Assembly: GCA_010093605.1 (NCBI GenBank)
Contig: MU004189.1
Location: 999,834 to 1,063,833 of the forward strand
Reading direction: 5' to 3'
DNA: 64,000 nucleotides
Origin: Lophium mytilinum
Lineage: Eukaryota
Positions 37,780 to 49,310 of this stretch are shown piece after piece. The notes beneath the pieces are model-generated. The model was given only the letters and a program-made list of their open reading frames with translations. It searched no databases and was not told where the DNA came from. A program made the translations under genes and the position numbers. Numbering within the stretch: position 1 is the stretch's first letter; each line of letters begins with the position of its first letter.

Positions 37780-38354
37780 ATGCAGTCCCCATCACAAATC
37801 TGCGACACAGCGACGGATGGAGTGCTCCACGCCATAGTCTCAGGCCACTCCGCATCATCGGATTTCCGCAACAGGCCATCTTCCACTGAATCTCGGCGTG
37901 TTCTTCGAGTCCAGACGAGCGATCTGCCATACAACTTGACTTGTACGACGCTTGGGCCGGGCCAGAAACGCTGTCGGAAGAGCCGTATGTCTTCACAGAC
38001 GACGAAGAAGGCTCCGTCCTCGCATTCTACCACCTTGGAGCTAAACTTGCTGGTCATTCCAAGATCTTTCACGGCGGCATCGCTGCTGTCTTGCTGCATG
38101 AGTGCATGGGTTGAGCTTGTTTCCCGCGACTGGCTGGAAAGATTGCGGTTACTGTGACGCTCAACCTCGAGTACAAGAGCCCCATCGCGGTGGATAGCAT
38201 TATTTTGATTCGAGCCGTCACGACCGAAGTCCAAGGAAGGAAAGCTTGGGTGGAGGGCGTGATCGAAGACGCGCGGGATGGGCGACTACATGTCAAAGCG
38301 ACCGGGCTTTTCATAGCGCCAAGGTGGGCGTCTGAGATGGTGGAGGTGATCTAA
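37780..38354 (+). pseudogene. PaaI-like hotdog-fold thioesterase, disrupted
   Basis: Reconstructed AFYHLGAKLAGHSKIFHGGIAAVLLHECMG*ACF..VTLNLEYKSP..GRKAWVEG..ATGLFIAPRW. Frameshift near 37955 and TGA at 38112-38114. The usual LLDE motif reads LLHE. Confidence 0.8.
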
Positions 38355-38374
38355 GATGCCCTTTAATACCAATA

Positions 38375-39210
38375 TCATATCAATAACACGCCTCAATTGA
38401 GTTCTTGCATCACTGGCCTCCAGTCTACGGCGAGTTTCCCGTGTTCGAGGCCAGAGGCTTCAGAGAGCGTCGCGCGTTGTCTCCAAACTTCTTCTACGAC
38501 GCGTCTGATTAGAGCGCGGTTTCCGAGTCCGAAAACCGTTGCTCGGTCGAGCCAACACCGCGCTGAGGCCTGGTCTTCTAGGGTGTATGCTTCGACGGCG
38601 GCAATGAAAGCGGGCCAGATAGAGAAATTGCCGGTGTTTTCGGCGAAAAAGGCGGACACGTGCGAGAATGTCTCTGCCACGTATGTCCTAACCGTCTGCG
38701 GAGGGACGTCCAGTAAGCTGCGGTAGATATAGATGTGCGTTGCGCATAAGAATGCATTGCTTTGCGAGCGCTTCCCCAGCATTTCGGGTGTTGAAAAATC
38801 ATTATTCTCATCAAAGCTCATATTTTGTATAGCGTCCTCGTGCTCGGAATAGACGCTCAATAGAAATAACGATTTAGACAGAAGCTTGTTTCTCTCGACG
38901 TTGTTCTCCGTTTGTCGCGCAGTTCTCATATATCTGTTGACACGTGAGATGCACTCCAAGACGACTTTCGGAGCGCCGATGGTAAGCAGCAGGCGTGACA
39001 TGTATGCATACCACATAGCGAAACTCGCCTTCCTTCCGACCTCATGACTTGGTCGCCATTCTTCAACCAAACGAGTTTTGGTGTATAGCCAGGGCAAACA
39101 ACGCCTATGCGGTTGCATGCCATACATGCCGGCGTTGACTCATCGCACTTGACCTTTCGAGAGCGGCATCTCCAGCATCCCGTGAAGGTGCGGTTGCGTT
39201 TAGAGGGCAT
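38375..39210 (-). pseudogene. Zn2Cys6 transcription factor with internal deletion
   Basis: Intact cluster TFTGCWRCRSRKVKCDESTPACMACNRIGVVCPGY. After the GTATGC donor (~39011) the sequence runs directly into the C-terminal part of a fungal-specific TF domain (WPAFIAAVEA..VVEEVW..VDWRPVM). Extra TGA five codons before the likely true stop (QELN*GVLLI*). Confidence 0.75.
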
Positions 39211-39747
39211 TGCAAAGCGGTTTCATCCATTTGTTCGGTATGAGATGCAGTTGCGGGCTAAATACGAGGCATTTTCAAGAAGGTAAGGATTCCAAGGCGA
39301 GGCATGGTGGTGGGTGGATATTGAGCCACGTAAGGAATCGAATCCTCAGCCAGGCGTCCCATGGAGATAGGACGTGACGTAAATCAAGCTAGCATAGAAT
39401 AGTGCTAGCGTGCCCCCCTTTCGCTATGGGTTACCTCATCAGATCCGCGCTACTCCCGAACCCTCACCATGGCTGATTCTACTTTGCAGCTCGTTATAGA
39501 CTACTTTTACTCTTACGCAGTCATGGTCTACGGCTGTGACGCCTTGAAGACTTGTCGGAAGCCCTAACGTAAAAGTGCAGCATCGATATGAATGACCGTC
39601 GCGGATTGAGAGTGAAGGGTGAGTTACGGTCGTTGAGCGAGTATTATCAGCGCTCCTAGCGGACTATGGCCAGAGCTACTACCGTATAATCAACCGATTG
39701 ACGTGATGGATTGAGTTGATTGAAGGGATCAAATCGAGCAAGAAGCA

Positions 39748-40527
39748 CTACTCCTCCACCAGGAACGCCTTATTCACTGCCTCGGCCATCTCTGCCATAG
39801 TTTTGTATCTGTATGCCAACTCCACCTCATCTCCAAAATCTCCCAGCTTCCCGCCAATGATCGCCTCGTCGCCCGCTCTTTCAATCCAGCAGCTCTTCAA
39901 CCCAGCCTTCTTCGCTGGCACATGATCATGCTTGAGCGCTTGCGCTGTATGCAAGAAGTCCTCTTTCTGTACTCCCAAATCACGTTTCGCGTGATGGATC
40001 ATATACTCAAAGTTTCGGACATCCGGCTTGTAAGATCCAATCTGCTGTGCCGTGTACACGGCATCAAACACAGTGGCCTCTAAGGGTCCTGTACGCGTGC
40101 GCTCGAAGGACTCGGCATCAACATTCGAGAGAACCACGAGCATGTAATGCCGGCTCAGTTGCTTGAGTGCGTCGACTGTATCAGGGAATGCGGGCCAGGT
40201 GCCTACGCTAGCTCCAAATAGCGCGCTCTCTTCGTCGGTTTGTGGGAGTGAGACGTCGAGCTCTTTTGCCATCTCGACGTATACACGGCCTAGCAGTTCG
40301 CTATATTTCAAATTCGGGTTCTCGTGTTCGAGGGTTCCTTCGAGCCGGGTATAGAGCTGAAGGAGCGCTCTTTTATTGTCTTTGGAAGCGTGTCCGGCTG
40401 GCATACGAGAGTTGAGAGGGCCGAGGGCGGTGTATATGCCAGTCTCCCAGTCTACTAGCGTCGCGTAGACGTCGAAGGATAGGACCTTGAAAGATGTGAG
40501 TGGGCGATTGCTGGTTTGATGTGCCAT
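39748..40527 (-). CDS. Haloacid dehalogenase, type II (HAD superfamily)
   Basis: SFDVYATLVDWETGI, WPAFPDTV, LVVLSNVD, IGSYKPD and LHTAQALKHDHVPA. Intact and intronless. Confidence 0.92.
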   Translation of the reverse strand: MAHQTSNRPLTSFKVLSFDVYATLVDWETGIYTALGPLNSRMPAGHASKDNKRALLQLYTRLEGTLEHENPNLKYSELLGRVYVEMAKELDVSLPQTDEESALFGASVGTWPAFPDTVDALKQLSRHYMLVVLSNVDAESFERTRTGPLEATVFDAVYTAQQIGSYKPDVRNFEYMIHHAKRDLGVQKEDFLHTAQALKHDHVPAKKAGLKSCWIERAGDEAIIGGKLGDFGDEVELAYRYKTMAEMAEAVNKAFLVEE

Positions 40528-40876
40528 AGTGTGTTGTTGTAAGTCGGGCGTGGAGCGGCTGGAATTTGGTTCAACTGAAATAATGTGCAGCAAGAAAGGC
40601 TAAAGACGTAGTTTTCAAGATGCGGCCTCGACTGAGGCATCGAGGGCATGGGTTGACGCTAAATTCGGGCCGGTTAGCGCTCACGCATGTCGGCAAGTCT
40701 CACCTTCGTATCCCATTCCAAACCATAATTGGGGGCACAGTCAACGGCGTCATCCACAGTACTAGCAGCGGTGGCTCGAGGAAGAGGTAACGGTTCCTCA
40801 TTTTGCTAATCGTCCACATCTGCTGCTCGAGTATCGCCTACCACCCCCATATACACACGCTAACCAGCTTAATCAC

Positions 40877-42782
40877 TCAAGCTTCTCTTTTCGATACCTT
40901 CATCATCATCCCACCCCTCGGCTTCGCCTCAAACCCCAACTCCTGAAACGCGATGTCACCTACTTTTGTATCCAAATCCGTCCATCCGCACCGCGGTTCC
41001 TTGTTCGGCACAACGTTTGCACACTCAAAGTCAAATTCTCGTGCAGTCAATAGCAGCACAATCTTCATCTCGTCTATCGCCAGCTCCCTTCCTAAACATC
41101 CCCTGGGACCGAGTTCAAACGGCCGATATGCGTTCCGGGGCACCTGCACCTCCGCTCCCTCCAAGAACCGCTCTGGGCGGAACTCTTTCGGCGACGGGAA
41201 GATGGAGGGGTTGTAGTGCATCGTTGGGTGCACGAGGCAAATCATGTGGTCGGCGGTTGGAAGCTGCGCGCCGTTGTAAGGGAGGTGCCCTGTAGAATCC
41301 CCGGAGCGGACGACGAAGCCGATGGGAAAGAGGCGGAGCGTTTCTTTGATGACACCGGTGGTGTAGGGGAGGTCGTTGAGCTTGTACGGGGTATTGCGGA
41401 TCATTTCGTGCGTGGTGGTTGCTGAGGGGGAGAAGACGACGTCGTGCTCAGCGCGGAGCCGTGCCAAGGCGGCGGGGTGGATGGAGAGGAGCATGAAGAT
41501 GAAGCAGAGGGTGTCGGTTGTGGTGCCTTGGCCGCCCATGAGGATTGCTTTTAGATTGACGAGCATCATGTTCATGAACTTCTTGTCTAAAATCTCTGCC
41601 GTACTTTTGTTCGAGTTCTTCAACTCCTCTAAGCGGTCGAAAAGGAGGAGATCGAGGATGCTAAGGCCTTTTCGTGATGTCAGCTCGACGTTGTCTCGTT
41701 TGATCTCAGTAAGTCTCTCGATGATCTTTTGCTCGACGTAGCGGTTATCGCGCCAGCTGGCTGCTTTGTGCTTCAGCAGATGGATGACTTTCGTGATTGG
41801 GTTCCAGGTTTCGCGTTGGATGACCCAGTTCTCTTGAATGCTCTTCATATCTTTCAGCCACGCGCTCTCGCTCGTCTGCGCGTGGAAGAGGATGTTATAC
41901 ACGGTCATGCCGGTAGTATCAAATAGTAGCTGTGATAGCTGCTTCTCCAACGAGAATACCTCCCCACTCGCCGCAAACTTCTTCAGCTTGTCCCCAAACA
42001 CCTTAACCTGGTCCGAAACCATTGCCGACATGTTCTTGATGTGTGCCGAATTGAACGCTGGACTGATCATACGGTGAAGCACTCTCCATTCTTCCCCATT
42101 CACCTCAGCAATGTTGCCGGACCCGACAAGCGGTGCCAGCGTGTCGGCAACGGCGCGATGCTTGGGGTAACCCTTTAGGACGGTATACTGAGCGGTGTCG
42201 GGATCTGTGATGACAAGCCAGGGTTCGGTGATGGGCCAGAGATCCACGTAGAATGCTCCTGGGAGGTCATACTTTTGAGACATGGTCGTGACGAAGGCGT
42301 GTGGGTGCATATTTGATGGGAACATGGCTGTCATTTCGCCCATGAGCTTCAAGTGGCCCCATAGAAAGCTGTGCGGAGGTTTTGGCTACGGGGACGTCAG
42401 TTTTGAACTTCGTGGTACTCAAGATAGAGTACTTGATTGAGTCTCGCTTCGGGCTAGGTGTAGGGAGGCTCATTTGCCACAGCTTGTGGACATCCATCAA
42501 GGTGTCAAGCTTGCCAAAACGGTACAATTCTATCTCAAACCATTTATTGACTGACCAATGCACCTCGGTATGTATTGGTCAAGAGCGATGAGCAGTAAGC
42601 CTTTCAATAATGAGGTACCACCCGCTTAGGCCGAGGAACGTCGAGGAAAGCTGCAAAGAAACCACCCCACCTACTAAGTTCCTATACGATCTCCTCACCC
42701 TCACCAACTTTGCAATGAAATAGACCAGCCAAGCTGCGAAAATCGACAGCCCAACCTGCAGCGTAAATCGACTGATGATCAT
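40877..42782 (-). CDS. Cytochrome P450 monooxygenase (StcS-like)
   Basis: TM anchor exon 42782-42675, intron 42674-42386, then PKPPHSFLWGHL, ETLR (ExxR), FRPERF and heme motif FELGPRGCLG. Confidence 0.92.
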
Positions 42783-43623
42783 GATAAAATTGAGATTGCA
42801 CAAATCCTAGATAGCGCACACCGTTGGAGATGACAGCAATGAGACGCGGGTAGTCAGTCAAGACCCAAGATAGCCGGCAGAGGTGCAGCTCTTATAGCTG
42901 CGTGGCTGCGCGCCCCCTCCCGATAGACTCGCCAAGAGGACGATCATCATTAGCGAGCCCTCTATTCTAGGTGTTACGGTGCGAGAGGATGCGTCAAAGC
43001 GGTCGAGGCTCCTTAGTCGTCAGCATGGCGTTCTTAGCTTGCGGCCGGTCGACGAGTAGGAGTAGGTACCTAGAACATATGGGATCCACGCTAGGATAGC
43101 GAGTCAGTATTATGTCAGCTTTAAGATAAGTAGCAAAATCCACCACAATGTGGCCGACACCAGTATATACAAGTATAATATACACTGCTTGAAACTCGAC
43201 ATCGCCCTTGAGTCTTCCTTGGAGTCCTGTGGGGGTACCCGTAGCCGTGGAGAACAAATTCGCCCAGGCTTTTGGCCTGTCACTCTATACATCGAACTTG
43301 ATTGGCTAATTCGGCTGCATGATCGCGCTGATTGGCCACTTCGACCGCATGTCTTCGTGCAAACGCTCTGGTATAATTCACTGACTCATCTGAATTTCAG
43401 TCGAACATCTCCTCGGGGTCAGCTATGTGTTTTACGATTGCAGCTTTCATATAAAGAGACCACTTACCATGCAATAGAAATACAGAGAGCAGCTTCACCA
43501 ACGCAACACGCCAACTGCAGACTTCAAACTTGGAAAAGGACCCAAGATCTCAACTTCTCATCAATCTACATACCGACTTCGTAGATTCTACAACCCACTC
43601 TTCCTTTCCTCGAGAATCCAGCC

Positions 43624-44328
43624 ATGCACACCCCCATCTCCCCCGCAATCCTCTACTGGGGCACTCCCGTCGTCCTCATTACCACCACCAACCCCGACGG
43701 GACACCCAACATCGCTCCCATCTCGTCCGCCTGGTGGTTGGCGCATCGTTGCATGCTCGGCCTGGCTGCAAGCTCACAAACGACGCAGAATCTCCTCCGC
43801 ACCGGCGCCTGCGTCGTCAACTTGGCAACCGATGACATGGCGCCTGCTGTAAATCGCCTGGCGCGCACGACCGGGTCCGACCCACCGCCAGATTGGAAGG
43901 CTGCGCATGGCTACGGCTACGTGAAGGACAAGTTTGCGCATGCGGGGTTGACTCCGCAGGAGAGCGAGTTGATCGCTACGCCGAGAATTAGGGAGTGCGC
44001 AGTGCAGATGGAGGCAGAGTTGGCGGGGACGCATGAGATGATGGAGGAGACGGCAGGCCGGGAGGGCTTGCTGCTTGCGATTGAGGTAAAGATTCTTCGG
44101 ACGCACGTAGAGGAGACGTTGAGGTTGGAGGGGCATGTGAATAGGATCGATGCGGCGAAGTGGCGACCGTTGATCATGTGCTTCCAGGATTATTTTGGGA
44201 TGGGGCGGCAGGTCTTGAATAAGAGTCGGCTGGCGGAGATTCAGGAGGAAAGTTATCGAGCGTGGACGGAGAGCGAGGTTGTGGAGGATGATGAGTTAGT
44301 CGCACTAAAGAGTAGCGAGCTTCTCTAG
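43624..44328 (+). CDS. Flavin reductase-like FMN-binding split-barrel protein
   Basis: ILYWGTPVVLITTTNPDGTPNIAPISSAWWL..SQTTQNLLRTGACVVNL..DKFAHAGLT..PRIRECAVQMEA. Intronless. Confidence 0.88.
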   Translation: MHTPISPAILYWGTPVVLITTTNPDGTPNIAPISSAWWLAHRCMLGLAASSQTTQNLLRTGACVVNLATDDMAPAVNRLARTTGSDPPPDWKAAHGYGYVKDKFAHAGLTPQESELIATPRIRECAVQMEAELAGTHEMMEETAGREGLLLAIEVKILRTHVEETLRLEGHVNRIDAAKWRPLIMCFQDYFGMGRQVLNKSRLAEIQEESYRAWTESEVVEDDELVALKSSELL

Positions 44329-44535
44329 GTTGTTGGGGTTGTGAGCAAGATTACCAGTAACATTTTGCTTCATATTTCAAGGCTAGACTAGATTCTAAGG
44401 TACTAAGACATAAGTTTGGACACTCCTTGCGACTGCTTACGGTATCCCGAGAGGGACTGGAAATCCTAATCTGCAGTGAAAGTTCGTGCAGTGCAAACTA
44501 GACTACTATTTAATCAACCAAAGACACGTCACTTA

Positions 44536-44702
44536 GGGCGCTCCTCACAGTGGTATCGAGCGAGCATGAGTGAAGCCAAAGAAGTGGTATATTCGTCTTC
44601 CCAAAGCCATGACGTAGTAATGTAAAGAGATAGGCGACGAAGAGGGTCTTCCCAAGTTACCTTTCACCAATGCTCCGGATGACACCACTGTGAGGAGCAC
44701 AC
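44536..44702. mobile_element. MITE-like element (167 bp, ~22-bp imperfect TIRs, TA flanks)
   Basis: Left TA|gggcgctcctcacagtggtatc versus the reverse complement of the right end TA|gtgtgctcctcacagtggtgtc. Internal direct repeat gtcttcccaa. Non-coding. Confidence 0.65.
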
Positions 44703-45002
44703 TAGGCAGGAGGTATTAGATACACCAAGAGATAGTTCAGTTTGCATTACATTGGCTTTTACATCCTATTTGGAATTTCAAAAGCCTATGGAGTAGTCTA
44801 AGCAGTCGCAAGGAGCGCCTAAACGTATGGTTACGTATACTTTAGATGCAATTCAAGGGCTGGAGCAATGAGATTGAGCAACCTTTTGGCTGTCTATTGA
44901 CAATGAAGTCCGTATACCTATTTACAGGCGCTCTCTTCCCCGAACATCACCATCTTTACCGCCCTTACCCTCATACAACGGTAGCATCTGCTTATCTAAC
45001 CC

Positions 45003-46817
45003 TTACTCTGACCACCATTCATGGTTTTGGACGTTCAACCGCATCTGATTCTCCCACTCCGCGATCTGCTCAGGAGATACCTCCTCCTCCACATCTTCAT
45101 GATCGTACCCGTGTCCCCTGTCTGATATCCCACGCCGCCTCCGCATGCCTACGCCCTGTGCAAGAGCACCCAGCCCTCCTCCCATCGCTGGATAGAACGC
45201 GCTGCACTGCTGCAACGACGCCGCCGGCTCTACTGGAGTATCCACGACCTCACTCCGTGGCATCCTCCTCGCCGGCATAGAAGCAAACCCTTCCGGCAGC
45301 GATCCCACCCGCACGCTCCCCCTACCAGGCCGACGGCGATACAGTGCATCTTCCGTCGACGGCGCACCCCGCGTCAACCTCTCCAGCTCTTGCGCAGCCT
45401 CTTGCGCGCTGGCCGCCCCAGCTAACCTCGCCGTCTTCGTCAATATGTGCGCTGCGGTAGCTCGTTCGCCATATCTCCGCACCATCTCTTCCCTCGAGAG
45501 CTCAGGTGTTGGTCGGAGGGGTGTGGATCTGAAGCCGCGGGATCGGAGCGCCTGCTCCTTTGCCTCTGTATCCTCTGTCCTGAGCATCACCTTCTGCGCC
45601 TCGAGCGCCCTGGCCATCTCGGCGGCTCGGTATGCTGAAGCGGCCTGCTCTTGGGTAAGAGTGCGATATAGCGCGTTAAGGCGGCGGTTGGCGAGCTCGT
45701 GCTCCTCCGGGGTGCCTTGGCCGGAGCTGACAGCGTTGACTAGGCCTTCCAAGACTGGGTCGGCGGAGACGCGCTCTTGGAGAAGCTTCCTGACGGATTT
45801 GGTCAGCGCTGGCCGAGGGCCTGCAGGGGCGCCGCTGTGGAGTTGCTGGTCTTGGCCATCGCCCAAATCGAAGGACTGGTTTTGGTGCTGAACGAAGGTT
45901 TGGCCCTCGTTCTGGCCATCACTTCGATTAGTCTGCCGAGCTTCGTAGCCTTGATCTCCAAGGACCCCATCCTGATAGCTTTCTTGAAATCCCCTCTCCA
46001 CACTCTCAGCCACGAACTTCTGAGTCTGGGACGTGCTACGAGATCTGTTGCCCGGCATATGCATGAAAGTCTCGCGGTTCGTCCTCCTCAACTTCTCTTC
46101 CCAAGTTTCGCCTTCCTCCCTCGCCTGTTCGTGTGGCACGATTCTCAGATCTCCATCGCCCCGGTACCAGCGCTTGAAGGCAGTAGCGTTGTCGTAGTAG
46201 AAAACCGGGTATTCGAGTTCAGTCTCTTCAAGAGAAAGACCAGTATGGGGGCCTGGGCCATAGAGGAGGACCTCGGGCTTCGGTAGGTTGGGATCGCGTT
46301 CGTAAGAAAACTCGTCTTCGGTGAGAGTGGAGAGCAGCGCTGCACCTTCAGCAATGTAAGAAGCGTCCCTGGAGGCGCGTTCCGCCGCTGTCACAGCTAC
46401 AGCATCGCTGCCTACTTCGCCCCTCCTCTTAAGCTCAGATCTCTGACGCGGCGAGGTCTGATCTTCCCGTCCCCGTCTTGTACGCTGCGGGAAAGGGGTG
46501 TTTCCAGCGGGGCCCGTTACGAAGGTAGCCATTGTCTCCGGTCTCTGCGGCGTGAATATGGGATCTTCAAACGTGAAGTCAGGGAAGGGCGAGCTGAATG
46601 GTCTCGCCGGCGTCATCGCGGAATCTGATGGTGATGTGTTCGAGCTAGGGCGTGGAGTCGCTATCCGGGGTGCTGGTAAGAGTGTGTGGAGCATGTGGGG
46701 AGAAGACGCGGTTGCTCGCGCTCCGGAAAGAGCCTCGCGCTGCTGCGGCGTCATGAGATATTGGGGATTGATACGGCTGGGCGGGTTTGGTGTGTCTTCG
46801 CTGCGTGACGGTGTCAT
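45003..46817 (-). CDS. Hypothetical, largely low-complexity/disordered protein
   Basis: 604-aa uninterrupted ORF, Pro/Ser/Arg/Glu-rich. No family recognised. Confidence 0.7.
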   Translation of the reverse strand: MTPSRSEDTPNPPSRINPQYLMTPQQREALSGARATASSPHMLHTLLPAPRIATPRPSSNTSPSDSAMTPARPFSSPFPDFTFEDPIFTPQRPETMATFVTGPAGNTPFPQRTRRGREDQTSPRQRSELKRRGEVGSDAVAVTAAERASRDASYIAEGAALLSTLTEDEFSYERDPNLPKPEVLLYGPGPHTGLSLEETELEYPVFYYDNATAFKRWYRGDGDLRIVPHEQAREEGETWEEKLRRTNRETFMHMPGNRSRSTSQTQKFVAESVERGFQESYQDGVLGDQGYEARQTNRSDGQNEGQTFVQHQNQSFDLGDGQDQQLHSGAPAGPRPALTKSVRKLLQERVSADPVLEGLVNAVSSGQGTPEEHELANRRLNALYRTLTQEQAASAYRAAEMARALEAQKVMLRTEDTEAKEQALRSRGFRSTPLRPTPELSREEMVRRYGERATAAHILTKTARLAGAASAQEAAQELERLTRGAPSTEDALYRRRPGRGSVRVGSLPEGFASMPARRMPRSEVVDTPVEPAASLQQCSAFYPAMGGGLGALAQGVGMRRRRGISDRGHGYDHEDVEEEVSPEQIAEWENQMRLNVQNHEWWSE

Positions 46818-49136
46818 CGTGTACTTCAGCGAGTGCGTTGTGAGCCAAACGATGTCGCTTCTAGGGCCGTTTGCTGGAAGCGTTGTATTGCTGTGATGTT
46901 GCGGGGTGTAGGCGAGATATTTGACCTGATCAAGTCAAATGCCTACGCGCATGAATTCACCACTGCCTAAACGGAACCTTCCGTTGATGATAGCCTTACT
47001 TGCTATGGTACGGTGCTGTGATTAAAGAATCAAAACTCAGCTGGAATATTTCCAGACGAGACCTGTGTCCTGCACGGAGCCTTGAAAACGTGACAGGCCT
47101 CTCAAGCACGCAAGGAAAAGCCGGACGAAGTGTTTCGATATACTGCTTCAAAAGCTGGGGAATACATCGAAACTTGAGAATGATGAAAAAGACTTGTAAG
47201 ACCGGCCTCTACACGAGCAGTGGAGGTGCGGTTTAGTTTAGTGTTTCATAGCACCAGAAGGAGGCTAAGAAGGATTTCTCGAAGACTGATGACAAAATTA
47301 AGGGCGTGTGGAATTTCGGGAAAATGAGAGTTTTGGAAGGGAGGTCTCTGAGATGACAGCGTATGGAAACATCGATGCGTTGTTTGGTGAGAAAGACATG
47401 ATTGAGAACGATGGGGCTGACTATACGATCCAGTTATACTGCTTCTGATGCTAGATTAATGGAGATTATGCACAATGTCTACAGAATATCGAAGTACTTA
47501 GCTCTAGATCGACTATCTACTAAAACAATATCTCATCTATTTGTCTGTTAGCCCTAGCACACAAAATCCTCCATCGAAGCGATAGTCATTTTCCATTTTC
47601 TCAAGATCCCAGGAATTTAGCGCTAATCAAGAATGGCCACAACATCCCCGACTTCCGCAATCAGCGTTCCTAATCCTAGATACCTATAGTATAACTCACC
47701 TAGCCCATCGATAGCACGCGCGGCTAGCTTTTAGCGTTCAAAAGCTCGAGGCTCCAATTCAGACCTTGACGGAGATGGATCTTGCGTCTCCTGCTGCAAA
47801 AATCGTCGGAGGAAGTCTTGGTAATCATGGTTGTAACATCCATCTTCGCCCTCGAGAGTAAAGGCGCAGTATCTCCAGAGGAGTTATATTTGACGATGTG
47901 ATTTGGAATTCCAAAAATTCAACCCAAGCTCGAGTTATTCAGCATTCCCAAAGAGTTCAGGAGACCATAGAGCAAGAGGCATTGCCATACGCTCCAACTT
48001 GACCTGACCTTACCCTGAACAGTTTGGGAGACACGTTAGATTGCGGGTAGTTCGAGTGGGCTCGTACTTTTAGCGTCCCATTTTCGCAGGAACGATTGGA
48101 AATGCTTAGGAGAAACTCTCGAGTGGAGATCCGCGTCTAAATGGACATCCTCTTTAGATTTTGGGCTCTGATACTTCGCATCTCGACAGACTGCACTCGG
48201 ATACCATTTGATAGCAACTTCCTCCCGCGGATTGCCGCTCCTCTAGCTATCGCATCGAAGAGCTACTCGGTCGTCATATTCGATTTGTTCCCTGCAATTT
48301 TGACGGTCTTGAATGCGTTATCGTCAATGGCCGGAAGACTCGGAATATAATTTTAATACTCAAACAGTCCAAAACTAGCATGGCGAAGTAAGCAGGTGGA
48401 AGGGTGGAGAAGTAGTTAGATGGGGCTAGTTCGGCAGAGTACATTGGGGCAATTGAGAGGATGGGAATCGAGAAGCTTCATTTGAGTGGGTACACAGCGA
48501 GATTAAAAAACATTCACCTTGTGTCTACAGGGAACTCTTTCATATCTGCGACTTGCGTTTATTCCATGGCGGTAGCACGCGATTCTAGAAGTCATATCTA
48601 AAATGCAATGCTGTTCCCACAATCCGCGCGCCGTAAGATGAAGCCCCTCAAAAGGCCCCGATGTCCAGTACACAGGAGAAGCAAGGTTTAGTTGGCTCGT
48701 AGAGAGCCACAAGGAGGTTCTGCGTGGACGATGAATGATTGATGATGGAAGATGGATCATGGACGATGGATAATGGAAGCGTGGCGGACAAACAGAGGCG
48801 AGGAGGCTGATGCCAGCATGGCGGGACGGGTATCGCCAACACCGCACCCAACCGCTCAAACAAACCAGTCCAGACGTAAATATAAATATACAATCTCCTC
48901 CACCATATCATCAGTAAAATCCAAAAACATAAAACATTCCTCTCCAACTCGCGATATGGTCGCACGAGCACACGCGCTTCGCATCGAGGCGCATCCGCCC
49001 GTACCTCACCGCTAGTTCCAACCAAACTGCACCTCAACACCACCGCGCATACCATCCTTCAATCCCGTCAGCATCGCCCACTTCGAAACATCCCAGGATT
49101 GTAGATACGAACGTGATATCCTACACACACAGTCTT

Positions 49137-49310
49137 CTAATTCAGATACACCCACCCCCCCACCAACGCCGCGGTGCCCACAACACCGTACTGCGTGACC
49201 TGCACATTCGCGGCCGCGCCGGTGCTGTTGTTGTTGCCGCCGCTCTTCTTCTTCGCCTCAACGGAAGCGGCGGCGGTGAGGAGAGTGATGAAAAGGGGTG
49301 TGAATCTCAT
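49137..49310 (-). CDS. Very small predicted GPI-anchored secreted peptide (57 aa)
   Basis: MRFTPLFITLLTAAASVEA-KKKSGGNNNSTG-AAANVQVTQYGVVGTAALVGGWVYLN*: signal peptide, N-S-T sequon, G-A-A omega-like site, hydrophobic tail. TATATA at ~49473-49478 and a C/A-rich leader ending ACATC-ATG. Confidence 0.75.
   Translation of the reverse strand: MRFTPLFITLLTAAASVEAKKKSGGNNNSTGAAANVQVTQYGVVGTAALVGGWVYLN

Noticed and set aside
39323..39418. tRNA-like element (minus strand GAGGATTCGATTCCTT)
   Set aside because: The T-loop has the wrong size, there is no D-loop GG, the acceptor stem is mismatched and there is no clear anticodon arm.
47700..48400. Protein-like fragments on the minus strand
   Set aside because: Multiple stops in all frames and no recognisable family. 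It may be an old pseudogene, but I cannot support that.
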